A DNA stretch of 64,000 nucleotides from Planctomycetota bacterium (GTDB taxonomy: Bacteria > Planctomycetota > PLA2 > JAEUHO01), in assembly GCA_965222115.1 (NCBI GenBank), contig CBDCTJ010000005.1:76444-140443 (forward strand). The letters are read 5' to 3'. The notes under the pieces are model-generated. The model saw nothing but the letters and a program-made list of their open reading frames with translations, was not told the origin of the DNA and searched no databases. A program made the translations under genes and the position numbers. Every line of letters begins with the position of its first letter. The stretch's first letter is position 1. Below are positions 9,891 to 18,593 of this stretch, in pieces.

Positions 9891-10077
9891 CATCTTCTCT
9901 CACCAACTTCGTGACTTTCGACTTTCGCACCTCCAAGTACGCTCCGCGTGATTCACCGGCGCGACCCGGCACAAAGGATGACGGCCGTGGAGACGAAGAG
10001 CAGTTTCGGGGCCTAACCACTCCTTCGACATCTTCAAGAGAGTCGAGCACATCGCCTTGTCACGGTAAACTATAGAA

Positions 10078-10941
10078 ATGCCCGGTCGCCCACTACCGCA
10101 CCGCCTGCGTCGACTGATATGGACGGCTTGTATTCCCGCAACAGTTGCCGCGATCATCATGTCTATTGAGTTCGTAAGCAACACCCAGCGCGCGTCGCCA
10201 AAGCCATTTACATGGATTCGACCTCACGTGGAAGCGCCAGCGTTGGCAACAAAGCCAATCGACAATACGTTGCTCCATCTCATGGAACGGATGCACCCGT
10301 ATTCAGCACGGGCGGCTACGCCAAGAAACCAGCAACTATCCGCGCCGACTATCCCCCCACTACGCGCCTTCGCCATCTCTATGTGGATACACGGCGCATC
10401 CGGAACTACGCTGACTCTTCGTTGCAAAGATCCAGCCCACGACATCGCGTATTGCATCGGCACCGACAAGCCAGATCGAGACGTGAAACTCGTTTACGTG
10501 GACGTGGATGACAAGCTTGCGCGGTTTACCGTCAATCGCGGCGACGAGCAGCACACGTTTAAGTTCAATCGCAGCCGCGAATTTCACAGCAACGTGATTC
10601 GTTTTAGTCCGCCTCGTCCTAATCCACCGAGCGCACGACGGAGCGAGGATGGCTATCACGCCCAAGTCATTGCAGGCACCGCGCACACAGCCCTCAAAGC
10701 CGTCCCTTTCTATGACACTCGCGGTATGTGTATCGGTATGCGTGTGACAGGGGTTCGATCCAACTCGGATTGGGCGACACGCGGCATCGTACGGGGCGAC
10801 GTGTTGCTAATGGCTGACGGCATATCGATGCGTGAACCGGCCGAGTTCAGAAGGCGAATCCGCGCCGGCTGGTCGCCAAGCTCGATTCGCATCGGGCGAC
10901 TTAAGAACGGAACGCTGAACAAGACCGTTCTCGGTGGATAG
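10078..10941 (+). CDS. GspC-like membrane protein with C-terminal PDZ domain
   Basis: N-terminal TM (LIWTACIPATVAAIIMSI), beta-rich middle, and PDZ-like VPFYDTRG..IGMRVTGVRSNS....GIVRGDVLLMADG. Resembles the T2SS protein C architecture. Confidence 0.55.
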   Translation: MPGRPLPHRLRRLIWTACIPATVAAIIMSIEFVSNTQRASPKPFTWIRPHVEAPALATKPIDNTLLHLMERMHPYSARAATPRNQQLSAPTIPPLRAFAISMWIHGASGTTLTLRCKDPAHDIAYCIGTDKPDRDVKLVYVDVDDKLARFTVNRGDEQHTFKFNRSREFHSNVIRFSPPRPNPPSARRSEDGYHAQVIAGTAHTALKAVPFYDTRGMCIGMRVTGVRSNSDWATRGIVRGDVLLMADGISMREPAEFRRRIRAGWSPSSIRIGRLKNGTLNKTVLGG

Positions 10942-11103
10942 GGGGATGGCCCATTCCAGGTAACGGTGAGAGGCAACAAGCACTCCCGGAAGCGACGACA
11001 TTGGCCGGGTTTGGCTCGGATGGGCACTGACCTCGAGGCTCTAACCTCTCGTTGCGAGGACGGGCAATTCATTGCTGGTTCAGCAGCCAACGAAACGCAT
11101 GCG

Positions 11104-11136
11104 CTCCGCGCCTCTGCAACTTGGCGCCTCTGCGTG
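11104..11136 (-). repeat. Right copy of 33-bp inverted repeat bracketing the Rhs island
   Basis: CTCCGCGCCTCTGCAACTTGGCGCCTCTGCGTG is the reverse complement of 794-826 with one mismatch. Confidence 0.9.
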
Positions 11137-11223
11137 CGATAGCCCAATCCTAACGAATGGGCGCGCCCCCGCCCACAGCTCAACAGCAAGCCGGCCCACC
11201 GCATGTGGTAGACTTCTTTGCCT

Positions 11224-12435
11224 ATGCCTCATCGCATTTCCCGTTACGCCGTGTTCGCACCGATCCTCGCCATGCTCGTGGTGCTGTCGGTGGTCTTGCA
11301 GCCTCTACCCGTGCGCGCCGACGCCGAGTTGGGGCAGGATCTCGTGACGCCCCAGACCATGCGGGCGATTCGCAGGGGCACGAAGTTTTTGGTGTCGCTG
11401 CAGCGTCCCGATGGCTCGTGGCCGAGCGATGCGGGTAAGAAGATCAACGAGCGCTATAGTCGGTTTCCGAAGGGCTCAAACGTCTCGCATGTGGGTGTGA
11501 CGAGCTTGGCGGCATTGGCGTTGCTCGCCGGTGGTCATCTTCCGGGTCGAGGCCCTTATGGCAAAGCCATGGAACGCGCGATCGACTACATCGCCGCACA
11601 GGTGCGTGACTCGGGTTACATCACGGCCAATGGCACGCGCATGTATAGCCACGCCTTCGCCACGTTGGCGCTAGCTGAGGTTTACGGACAAACCAACGAC
11701 GCTTCGATTCACCGCAAGCTGCAAGAAGCAGTGCAGTTCACCATTAAGTCGCAAAATCAAACGGGCGGTTGGCGCTACGTGCCGCAGACCAATGACAGCG
11801 ACATGAGCGTTGCGGTGTGTCAGGTAGTTGCTCTTCGTGCTGCGCGCAACGTGGGCATCAAAGTGCCGCGTCGCACGATTGACCGCGCGCTCCGTTATGT
11901 CTTAGGCAGCGCCGTTCCCGGGCCGCGTGGCCCCACGGGCGCGTTTTATTACCAGCCGCAGGACCAACACCAACACAACCGCGATAGTTTCGCACTGTGT
12001 GCCGCCGGACTCACCACGCTCTTCCAGGCGGGCCTCTACGACAACAAGATGTTGCGTCGCAAGGCCAAGGAACTCGGTGTGCCGCCGAGGAGCGTGCCGG
12101 ATATTCAGGCGTCAGTTGCTTATATGCGCGATCGCTACCGCCGCATTCACGGTCGCTACGGCGGTCCCGATCATTACTTCTACTACTACGGCAACTACTA
12201 CGCCGCCCAGGCCATGTACCAGGTTGGTGGCAAGCACCCGAGCGTGTGGCGCAGTTGGTACCGCATGGTTCGCGACGACTTGCTCGAAATGCAACGCAAC
12301 CGCAAGGCATCGGGCTCCGGCGAGCGCGAGTATTACTGGAAGAGCAACGTGGACGACACCCACGCCTACGCCACCGCATCGGCGCTGCTCATTCTTCAGT
12401 TCCCGCTGGACCACTTGCCGATTCACCAGCGGTAG
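11224..12435 (+). CDS. Prenyltransferase/squalene oxidase repeat protein (exported)
   Basis: Signal peptide. QW-like repeats LVSLQRPDGSW and KSQNQTGGWRY. Motifs MYSHAFATLALAE, SDMSVAVCQVVALRAARNVGI, YYYGNYYAAQAMYQ. Confidence 0.85.
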   Translation: MPHRISRYAVFAPILAMLVVLSVVLQPLPVRADAELGQDLVTPQTMRAIRRGTKFLVSLQRPDGSWPSDAGKKINERYSRFPKGSNVSHVGVTSLAALALLAGGHLPGRGPYGKAMERAIDYIAAQVRDSGYITANGTRMYSHAFATLALAEVYGQTNDASIHRKLQEAVQFTIKSQNQTGGWRYVPQTNDSDMSVAVCQVVALRAARNVGIKVPRRTIDRALRYVLGSAVPGPRGPTGAFYYQPQDQHQHNRDSFALCAAGLTTLFQAGLYDNKMLRRKAKELGVPPRSVPDIQASVAYMRDRYRRIHGRYGGPDHYFYYYGNYYAAQAMYQVGGKHPSVWRSWYRMVRDDLLEMQRNRKASGSGEREYYWKSNVDDTHAYATASALLILQFPLDHLPIHQR

Positions 12436-12492
12436 CTCTCAATGCCGCAATTGACGTGAACCCTCCGCGGCCCGAATCGTTCAGGTCGCTAT

Positions 12493-13581
12493 ATGTATTG
12501 GGCAAGGCACATCACCACGGTTCTTGCGCTTCTTCTCGTAGCATGTGGTCCGTGCGGGGGCGGTCCGTGTGGGGGCAATGTGCACGAAGTTCAATCTTTC
12601 GAGGTTCCGCGAGAACCCGCTTCGTCGGCGTCGGAAAACGGTGAACAGAATGTCAAGCGAGGTAGACGACGGCTTGAGGTGCGCGACCCCATGCTGTCGC
12701 ATATCCATAACCCTACGCGGGACGACAATGGCTCGAGCATGCTTGCCGATGCATTTCGGCGTAGCGATCTAGCTCACGAGGCGTTGGGCTTGACCGCGTA
12801 CGCGTGTCTAGCAAGCGGCTACACCCATCGTGGCAAGGAACCGTGTAGTCGCCTCGTCGGGCGTGCAATTCGTAAATTCAAGGATGAGGTCCGCGCCCTC
12901 GACTCAAGTAGACCACCTTCGCTCAATCCTTTGATAGCCCTCGTATTGATTAAGTCCTATGGCATGACGGGAAATGTGTGGATACGAGCGGAAGCGCAGC
13001 GCGCCCTGACCGACGCTGCCAACCAGTGTCGTCGGGGCGGAGTCACTGACGAAACTACGGCGGGCTGGATGCTCTTGACGCTCATGTACGCGCGACGGAC
13101 AAACAATGGTATGCAGCGGCGCCACAAGGGCACAAAGCAACTGCTTAATATTGACGAGTCATCGTTCGCAATTCTTGCCGACTGGTGCGGTGATGACGTA
13201 CGCAACTCGTATCGCCGTCGTGCCGTCGCCGCCCTCGCCACACTCCTGTTCGCGCCCAAGGACACGGCGCGCGCCGAGCTTGAATCGATCGCTCGTGATC
13301 TTACGAGGCGCCCTTACTCAAGAGATACTCGGGACGGCACGACCGATTTGATTGGATCCGTGTTTGCGGGCATCGCCCTCGGCTTTGTCGACTCAAATGT
13401 CGCGCTGGCATGGAGACAGAAGACTTCCGGTGCGGCAAACGAACAGTCGCACGCACTCCAAGAACAGGCAAAGGCAAGTACCATCAACGCGAGATCCATA
13501 CGAACGCTTGCCTTGCTTGCTATGCTCGAAAAAAAGACGTGGTTGGGGTATGACCTTCCGTCCATCGACACGGTGCGTTAG
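12493..13581 (+). CDS. Divergent prenyltransferase/squalene-oxidase-like (alpha/alpha toroid) putative lipoprotein
   Basis: Lipobox-like LLVAC. Degenerate family motifs (GLTAYACLASGYTH, YGMTG..AQRAL, TTAGWMLLTL). Confidence 0.5.
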   Translation: MYWARHITTVLALLLVACGPCGGGPCGGNVHEVQSFEVPREPASSASENGEQNVKRGRRRLEVRDPMLSHIHNPTRDDNGSSMLADAFRRSDLAHEALGLTAYACLASGYTHRGKEPCSRLVGRAIRKFKDEVRALDSSRPPSLNPLIALVLIKSYGMTGNVWIRAEAQRALTDAANQCRRGGVTDETTAGWMLLTLMYARRTNNGMQRRHKGTKQLLNIDESSFAILADWCGDDVRNSYRRRAVAALATLLFAPKDTARAELESIARDLTRRPYSRDTRDGTTDLIGSVFAGIALGFVDSNVALAWRQKTSGAANEQSHALQEQAKASTINARSIRTLALLAMLEKKTWLGYDLPSIDTVR

Positions 13582-13629
13582 CAAACGGTAGCCGGCGCTC
13601 AACGATCAACGGCAAGTGATCTTGCGGAG

Positions 13630-14532
13630 CTACTCCCACATCAACGAAATACGGCTCGGCGGTTTCTCTCGCGAAAATGGAACCAATACCTTGATTTCAC
13701 CCGGATCCTCAGGCGCGCCAATACGAACCACATGACTCGTGATCCACTTGCCTTGGTCGTCGTATTGCTCAACCCGCGCATAGCCCGCCGCTAGCGACTC
13801 CAGCACCCGGCGCAGTGCCAATCCGGTGTTCTCGGAGCTTGCAAGCGATTCAACGTCCGCCTGCGAGGCGGGATACCCGGGGAGACGGTTCATGGTGAGC
13901 TGCAACTGGCGGCCACCGGACGCCGATTCCACGCCTTCCACCTTGAGATAGGACGCAAACGGACCGGGGTCGAGTTGCACGGATTTCACATTGACCGGCC
14001 CGACCTTGTTCCAAACCTTGGCAAAGAGCTCCTTGTAGTCCACGAAAATCGACGACACGAGAAACGCTCCGCAGAGCACAAGAAATGCCAGTGCGGCGGT
14101 TTTCAATAGTTGCGCACGGCTCAGCGGTTTGCTCGCAGCGCGTGTGTTGGCGTCTACGGTTCGTTGACGCGCTTCTACGTGCCCACCGGAAATCACGTAC
14201 AGCGTCTGTGTTTCGGTGCCTTTATCCCATTGAGTCGTTCGAATCGTAGAAAACAGTGAAGCGCGCTGCTCCGCGGGTGCCATGTCCACAAGTTGCTGCA
14301 AAAGATCGCGCAGGGGCACGGATACGTCGGGATGTTGCGCGTGCGCCGGACGGTTGTCGCCGAGCAAGCTGAAGTTGCCCCCATCCAACTCGATCGAGAA
14401 GCCGTATCCACCTGAACGTGCAAGCGTTGTCCATTCAACAAGCCGATCACGAAACGACTCATCGCCCCAAACCGGACCCTCCAAGAGTCCGTCCACGGAA
14501 AAGGTGCCCACTTCGCGCACTTGTGCACTCAT
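13630..14532 (-). CDS. Hypothetical single-TM membrane protein
   Basis: 300-aa ORF with a central TM (AALAFLVLCGAFLVSSIFV); 2 bp from the upstream gene. Confidence 0.7.
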   Translation of the reverse strand: MSAQVREVGTFSVDGLLEGPVWGDESFRDRLVEWTTLARSGGYGFSIELDGGNFSLLGDNRPAHAQHPDVSVPLRDLLQQLVDMAPAEQRASLFSTIRTTQWDKGTETQTLYVISGGHVEARQRTVDANTRAASKPLSRAQLLKTAALAFLVLCGAFLVSSIFVDYKELFAKVWNKVGPVNVKSVQLDPGPFASYLKVEGVESASGGRQLQLTMNRLPGYPASQADVESLASSENTGLALRRVLESLAAGYARVEQYDDQGKWITSHVVRIGAPEDPGEIKVLVPFSREKPPSRISLMWE

Positions 14533-14534
14533 CG

Positions 14535-15122
14535 CTAGGACAGAAAACTCGAACGAAACATTTGAATCTCACTCAATGGTCGCCAATTTTCCATTCCGTC
14601 TCTCCATACAAGGGTGGTGCCATCGATCTTGCCGTCCGCAAGTCCCTTACGTAAGGCCGCGGCCGACACCGGCCCACACTCTCCCGCCCCGGTGTCGTAC
14701 TTCCACTCCTTGACTGGGACGACAGGCTCGTCTAACTCCTGATGCTCAGCGGCGTCTGAATCACCCGGGAGCGCCTGGGGACCGTCGTCGTGCATGCCGT
14801 GTCCCGCGGGCAGTGGGGTAATGCGGCGCGTGTCTATTCCAAGCGAACCGTCATGGGCGTTCAGCCGGGCTTCTGCGTGACGACGATGCGCCTCGTTTTT
14901 CATCTGTTCCTGACGAAGTTTTTCACGGAGCCTTCGCCGCTCGGATCGTGCGGCTACTCGGTGACGCTCGCGTTCACGTTCATTGGAGACCACCAATACG
15001 ATGATTAATCCAATGAGCCCCAGAAGGAAGCCGATAAAGAACCAGCCGAGTGGATTGCGGCCCTTGTTCGATGCAATAATCGCGCAAGCCGCCGCACAAA
15101 TGACCGCAACAATCCAAACCAC
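14535..15122 (-). CDS. Membrane protein with GYF_2 (DUF4339) domain
   Basis: N-terminal IIASNKGRNPLGWFFIGFLLG hairpin, coiled coil, and C-terminal WKY..G..GPVS...L...GKI...TLVWRDGMENW. Confidence 0.85.
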   Translation of the reverse strand: MVWIVAVICAAACAIIASNKGRNPLGWFFIGFLLGLIGLIIVLVVSNERERERHRVAARSERRRLREKLRQEQMKNEAHRRHAEARLNAHDGSLGIDTRRITPLPAGHGMHDDGPQALPGDSDAAEHQELDEPVVPVKEWKYDTGAGECGPVSAAALRKGLADGKIDGTTLVWRDGMENWRPLSEIQMFRSSFLS

Positions 15123-15182
15123 GGAATGACCTCACCCGGTGACGATCACGGCATTATGCCTGCCTCCGCGTGCCCCTGCAAG

Positions 15183-16007
15183 TCACGCCCGATCAATCAT
15201 CAAGACCGCCAAATTGTGAAGAAAGTGAGCAAGCATGGCGGGGTAGAGGCTGCCGGTCTTCATCCGTATCCAGCCCAATAAGTAGCCAACGAGAAAGAGA
15301 TAGGGCGCACGAAGTATCGAAAAGTGCATGGCGGAGAACAGTACCGCCCCAAGCGCGATGGCGCGCGCGGGTCGAAGCGCCGACATGAGCCACGTCTGAA
15401 CAAGGCCGCGAAACGCAATCTCCTCATTGATTGCAGGAAACACACAGATCAGTAAGACCAATGCGGCATCGGACAGTCCGTCGCTGCTCAACTGCGCCAC
15501 CCAGGAACTCCCGCCAACGCCATCCAACGACTGCAAGAACTCGTGGTACCCAAAATTCAATGCGAGCATCGGCACGAGCAATGCTAGTCCGATGTAGGCG
15601 TAGCGACCGCCAAACCCGGTGCGCGCCAACTGGGTGCGAAGAAGTGGCCAATAGCGAACGGCGAAGACTGCGGTCGTTATCAAAACCGCAAGATCGGTAA
15701 CTATGATGTGCATCCCGAGCCGCTGCTGACCGGCGGTAACGAACAACAAAAGACTCACACCAAAGATAACGCAAAAGTATGTCCACCAGACGCGGCTAAC
15801 ATTCGGCGCGTGTAGCTTGACGAGCTCGCCCGCGGAAGGCCGCATGGCGCGCACCGGCGTCAAAACGGATGCAACGTCCTTGTAGGGCGTCGCGCAGCGG
15901 CGACAAAAGTAGTACGTTGGATCCAAGGGCGCATCACAGTATCGGCAATGCAAGTCGTCTCCCGACGTGGCAAGTTCGACGGGCGTTGGCGGTCGGAGGT
16001 CGCTCAT
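15183..16007 (-). CDS. CPBP (CAAX/Abi) family intramembrane glutamic endopeptidase with N-terminal zinc ribbon
   Basis: CRYC..CRRC zinc ribbon; PAINEEIAFRG, FSAMH and AHFLHN motifs. Start placed at ATG 16007 (ORF extends to 16106). Confidence 0.88.
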   Translation of the reverse strand: MSDLRPPTPVELATSGDDLHCRYCDAPLDPTYYFCRRCATPYKDVASVLTPVRAMRPSAGELVKLHAPNVSRVWWTYFCVIFGVSLLLFVTAGQQRLGMHIIVTDLAVLITTAVFAVRYWPLLRTQLARTGFGGRYAYIGLALLVPMLALNFGYHEFLQSLDGVGGSSWVAQLSSDGLSDAALVLLICVFPAINEEIAFRGLVQTWLMSALRPARAIALGAVLFSAMHFSILRAPYLFLVGYLLGWIRMKTGSLYPAMLAHFLHNLAVLMIDRA

Positions 16008-16252
16008 GGCGGGTTCGTTACCGTCCTTGCGGCGGGGGAACAACGGGTAGGCAGAGGATGCCACAGATGAGCGGCGACACATGACCAACGCAATGGACGC
16101 ATTCATTCACGAGGAGAGGAAACCCGTAGAATTGCGCGACCCATCGTTCCGCAGCGGTCCAATTGCTGGGGCTCTCGTCCAAGACCCGCATTGGTGGGAG
16201 AATCGAGGGAACCCCCACACCCCACCCTGGTTCTACGTATTGACGCCCCCCC

Positions 16253-17050
16253 ATGAGCGAATCACCCACCCCCACCCCGGATGCACGCACTACTGGGCAA
16301 TCCACGGCTGACCGCTCGTCGGCGAATCAGGCGTCGGCGAGTCATGCGTCCGTCGATTCCGACGGAGCAACTCGCACCGAACCAGGTGACTCCGGCGAGC
16401 CCGCGTTGGGTTACCGATTGATGGCCGATTTGCAACGCGTGCTGGCGGCGTCCTCCCCGAATGAATCATCTCAAGGGCAAGGCACTCCTGCCGACTCCAT
16501 CGATGCGTTTCGCCCCATCTACGAGGCCTATGCCCCGCGCGTCATGCAGTTTTTCTTTCGCATGTGTGGCGATCGGTCCTTGGCCGAAGACTTGACACAG
16601 GACGTGTTCGTCAAAGTGTGGCGTGCAGCGCCATCGTGGCGCCCCGAAGCGCCGCTCCATACGTGGATCTTCACCATCGCTCGCTATCACGGGTGGAACG
16701 CACTGGCGTTTCGACGGCGGCGCAAGTCGGTTTGGCAACAGGCCGCAGATCAACCCGCTGTCAACGAACCGGCCGATTCCACGGCATCGAATCGAGTACC
16801 CCACGAACGACTCGCCGCGCGCGAGTTTGGAACCCACTTGCAGCGTGCGGTGCTCTCGCTTTCACCGCGCCTGCGAGTGGCGTTCGTCTTGGCGCGTTTC
16901 GAACGTCTCTCCCTGGCAGAAATCGCCCACATCGCAGGCGCCCCCATCGGCACCATCAAGAGCCGCATTGCCCGTGCGGAAAAACGGCTTCGGCGAGCGC
17001 TTTCGCATTCGCATGCATCCATGAAAGGGGGCTCTCATGACTCCCAATAA
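16253..17050 (+). CDS. ECF sigma-70 factor
   Basis: Region 2 (AEDLTQDVFVKVW..TWIFTIAR) and region 4 (LSLAEIA...PIGTIKSRIARA). Confidence 0.92.
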   Translation: MSESPTPTPDARTTGQSTADRSSANQASASHASVDSDGATRTEPGDSGEPALGYRLMADLQRVLAASSPNESSQGQGTPADSIDAFRPIYEAYAPRVMQFFFRMCGDRSLAEDLTQDVFVKVWRAAPSWRPEAPLHTWIFTIARYHGWNALAFRRRRKSVWQQAADQPAVNEPADSTASNRVPHERLAAREFGTHLQRAVLSLSPRLRVAFVLARFERLSLAEIAHIAGAPIGTIKSRIARAEKRLRRALSHSHASMKGGSHDSQ

Positions 17051-18593
17051 ACAGCACAAGTCGCCCAATAAATCGCGCGGCGGCAGTTCGCACGATCTTG
17101 CTTCATTTGCATTGCATCTCCTCGATGCCGACGAGGCGCAATCGATCGAAGCGCGCGTTGCTCAGTCGCCCCGTGAATCCCGTGAACTCGACGATATCGC
17201 AGCGCATTTGGTCATGTACGACCGAATCGAAGGCGCACCGCCTGCCCCCACCTTTGAACAGTTTCGTACACACGTGAAGTCGTCCGACGACGTAGATGCA
17301 CCGCAGGCGCGTTTATCCGCCACAGTCAACGACTTCAGCTCGACGGACTCGTCAAAACGTTGGTTTCGGCTTGGCATGGCAGCGGTCGCGCTACTGGCAA
17401 TTGGCGCGGCAGCGCTGTGGGGATTCACGCGAGATCGCGGTAAGACGAATTCATCGCAGCTTGCAAGCATTTCGTGGGTTGGCCCGAGCGTTCAAACAGT
17501 TGCGGATGGTGCGCCGGCGCCCCTCAAGTCATCTTCGGCATTACAACCTGGCACGTGGCTCTATGGCGGCGAGGATGCAGGCGAGGTGCGCTACACAACG
17601 CGCAATCATACCGTTCGCCTCGTGCTTTCGTCCGGTGCATCGCTGCGATATACAAGTCCCACGCAGGTTTACTTGGAGAAGGGCAAGGCGTGGTTTGAGG
17701 TCACGAGACTTCAAACTGACACGAACGCATCGCCGATCACATTCCGCGTGTACTCACCTCGCGGTGCAGTAAACGTGCTGGGCACGTCATTTCTTGTGGA
17801 CGTCAACCGCGACGCGTTTTCCGTGGGCGTGTGGCATGGTGCTGTTGAGGTAAAACGTGCTGTGCAAATCACGCAAGACTCTAAGAACGATGCGAATGAC
17901 GCCTTTCGTGTTGGCGCACGTGAATCGCTCGCATTTCACAGTTCGAGAGACGCGAGTACGCCTGCTCCCACACGCGCGCCCTTCGCTTCACTTCCTGCAT
18001 TCCTGTCAAAGGGCTTGGAACTCAGCACGCGCGTCGTGGCCGACGGCAAACAAGGCGATGAATGGATCGTCGATTGCGTATTTCGAAATCGCGGTGGGCT
18101 GCGGCTATCTCTCAATGGCGACGACGAGGGGCAAAGCCCGCTTTGGTTGCACGTGAGCGATGCACAGGGCGGCCAAGTGAGCGCATTACCCGTGCTGCCA
18201 GTCAACATCGTCTCCCGATCCAACGAGACCGACTCAGATGCTGAGTTGGCGCCCTGGATCGTTGCTACGAGCTCCGGACAGGCATCAGGCGCAGATTCAA
18301 TCCTCGCGCCGGGCGAGTCGCGCGTGGTCCGAGTCCGATTCAAGGCGCCGCGCGTCCGAATGAAGGTCTCCGATGGTCCCCTGCCCCGCTACGTTTGTCG
18401 GGCGGTGTACCGAGGCGAAGCGCTCCCCCCGCTCCAATCCGCGCCAGTCCCAATTCACGCCGCTCCCTCTCCTTTGAAGGAAGATGAGGCGGCAGAAAAT
18501 GGGTCGATTGGCAACGGTTCGGAGCGAGCAGACGAGGCTCCGTCCGATGCCGCCAACGGCGAATCGAAATCCACGGAGCAGCCCGGCCGATGA
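17037..18593 (+). CDS. Anti-sigma factor with TM and FecR domain
   Basis: Overlaps the sigma gene. Anti-sigma-like N-terminus, TM, FecR motifs (VYLEKGKAWFEV, FRVYSPRGAVNVLGTSFLV, VWHGAVEV) and a further beta domain. Confidence 0.8.
   Translation: MTPNKQHKSPNKSRGGSSHDLASFALHLLDADEAQSIEARVAQSPRESRELDDIAAHLVMYDRIEGAPPAPTFEQFRTHVKSSDDVDAPQARLSATVNDFSSTDSSKRWFRLGMAAVALLAIGAAALWGFTRDRGKTNSSQLASISWVGPSVQTVADGAPAPLKSSSALQPGTWLYGGEDAGEVRYTTRNHTVRLVLSSGASLRYTSPTQVYLEKGKAWFEVTRLQTDTNASPITFRVYSPRGAVNVLGTSFLVDVNRDAFSVGVWHGAVEVKRAVQITQDSKNDANDAFRVGARESLAFHSSRDASTPAPTRAPFASLPAFLSKGLELSTRVVADGKQGDEWIVDCVFRNRGGLRLSLNGDDEGQSPLWLHVSDAQGGQVSALPVLPVNIVSRSNETDSDAELAPWIVATSSGQASGADSILAPGESRVVRVRFKAPRVRMKVSDGPLPRYVCRAVYRGEALPPLQSAPVPIHAAPSPLKEDEAAENGSIGNGSERADEAPSDAANGESKSTEQPGR

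Noticed and set aside
9837-11217. Orphan Rhs CT/immunity cassettes or barstar downstream of the toxin
   Set aside because: No second Rhs-core fragment or barstar-like ORF appears in any frame of the ORF track.
11224-12435. Squalene-hopene cyclase
   Set aside because: Too short, has a signal peptide and lacks the DXDD catalytic motif; only the repeat fold is shared.
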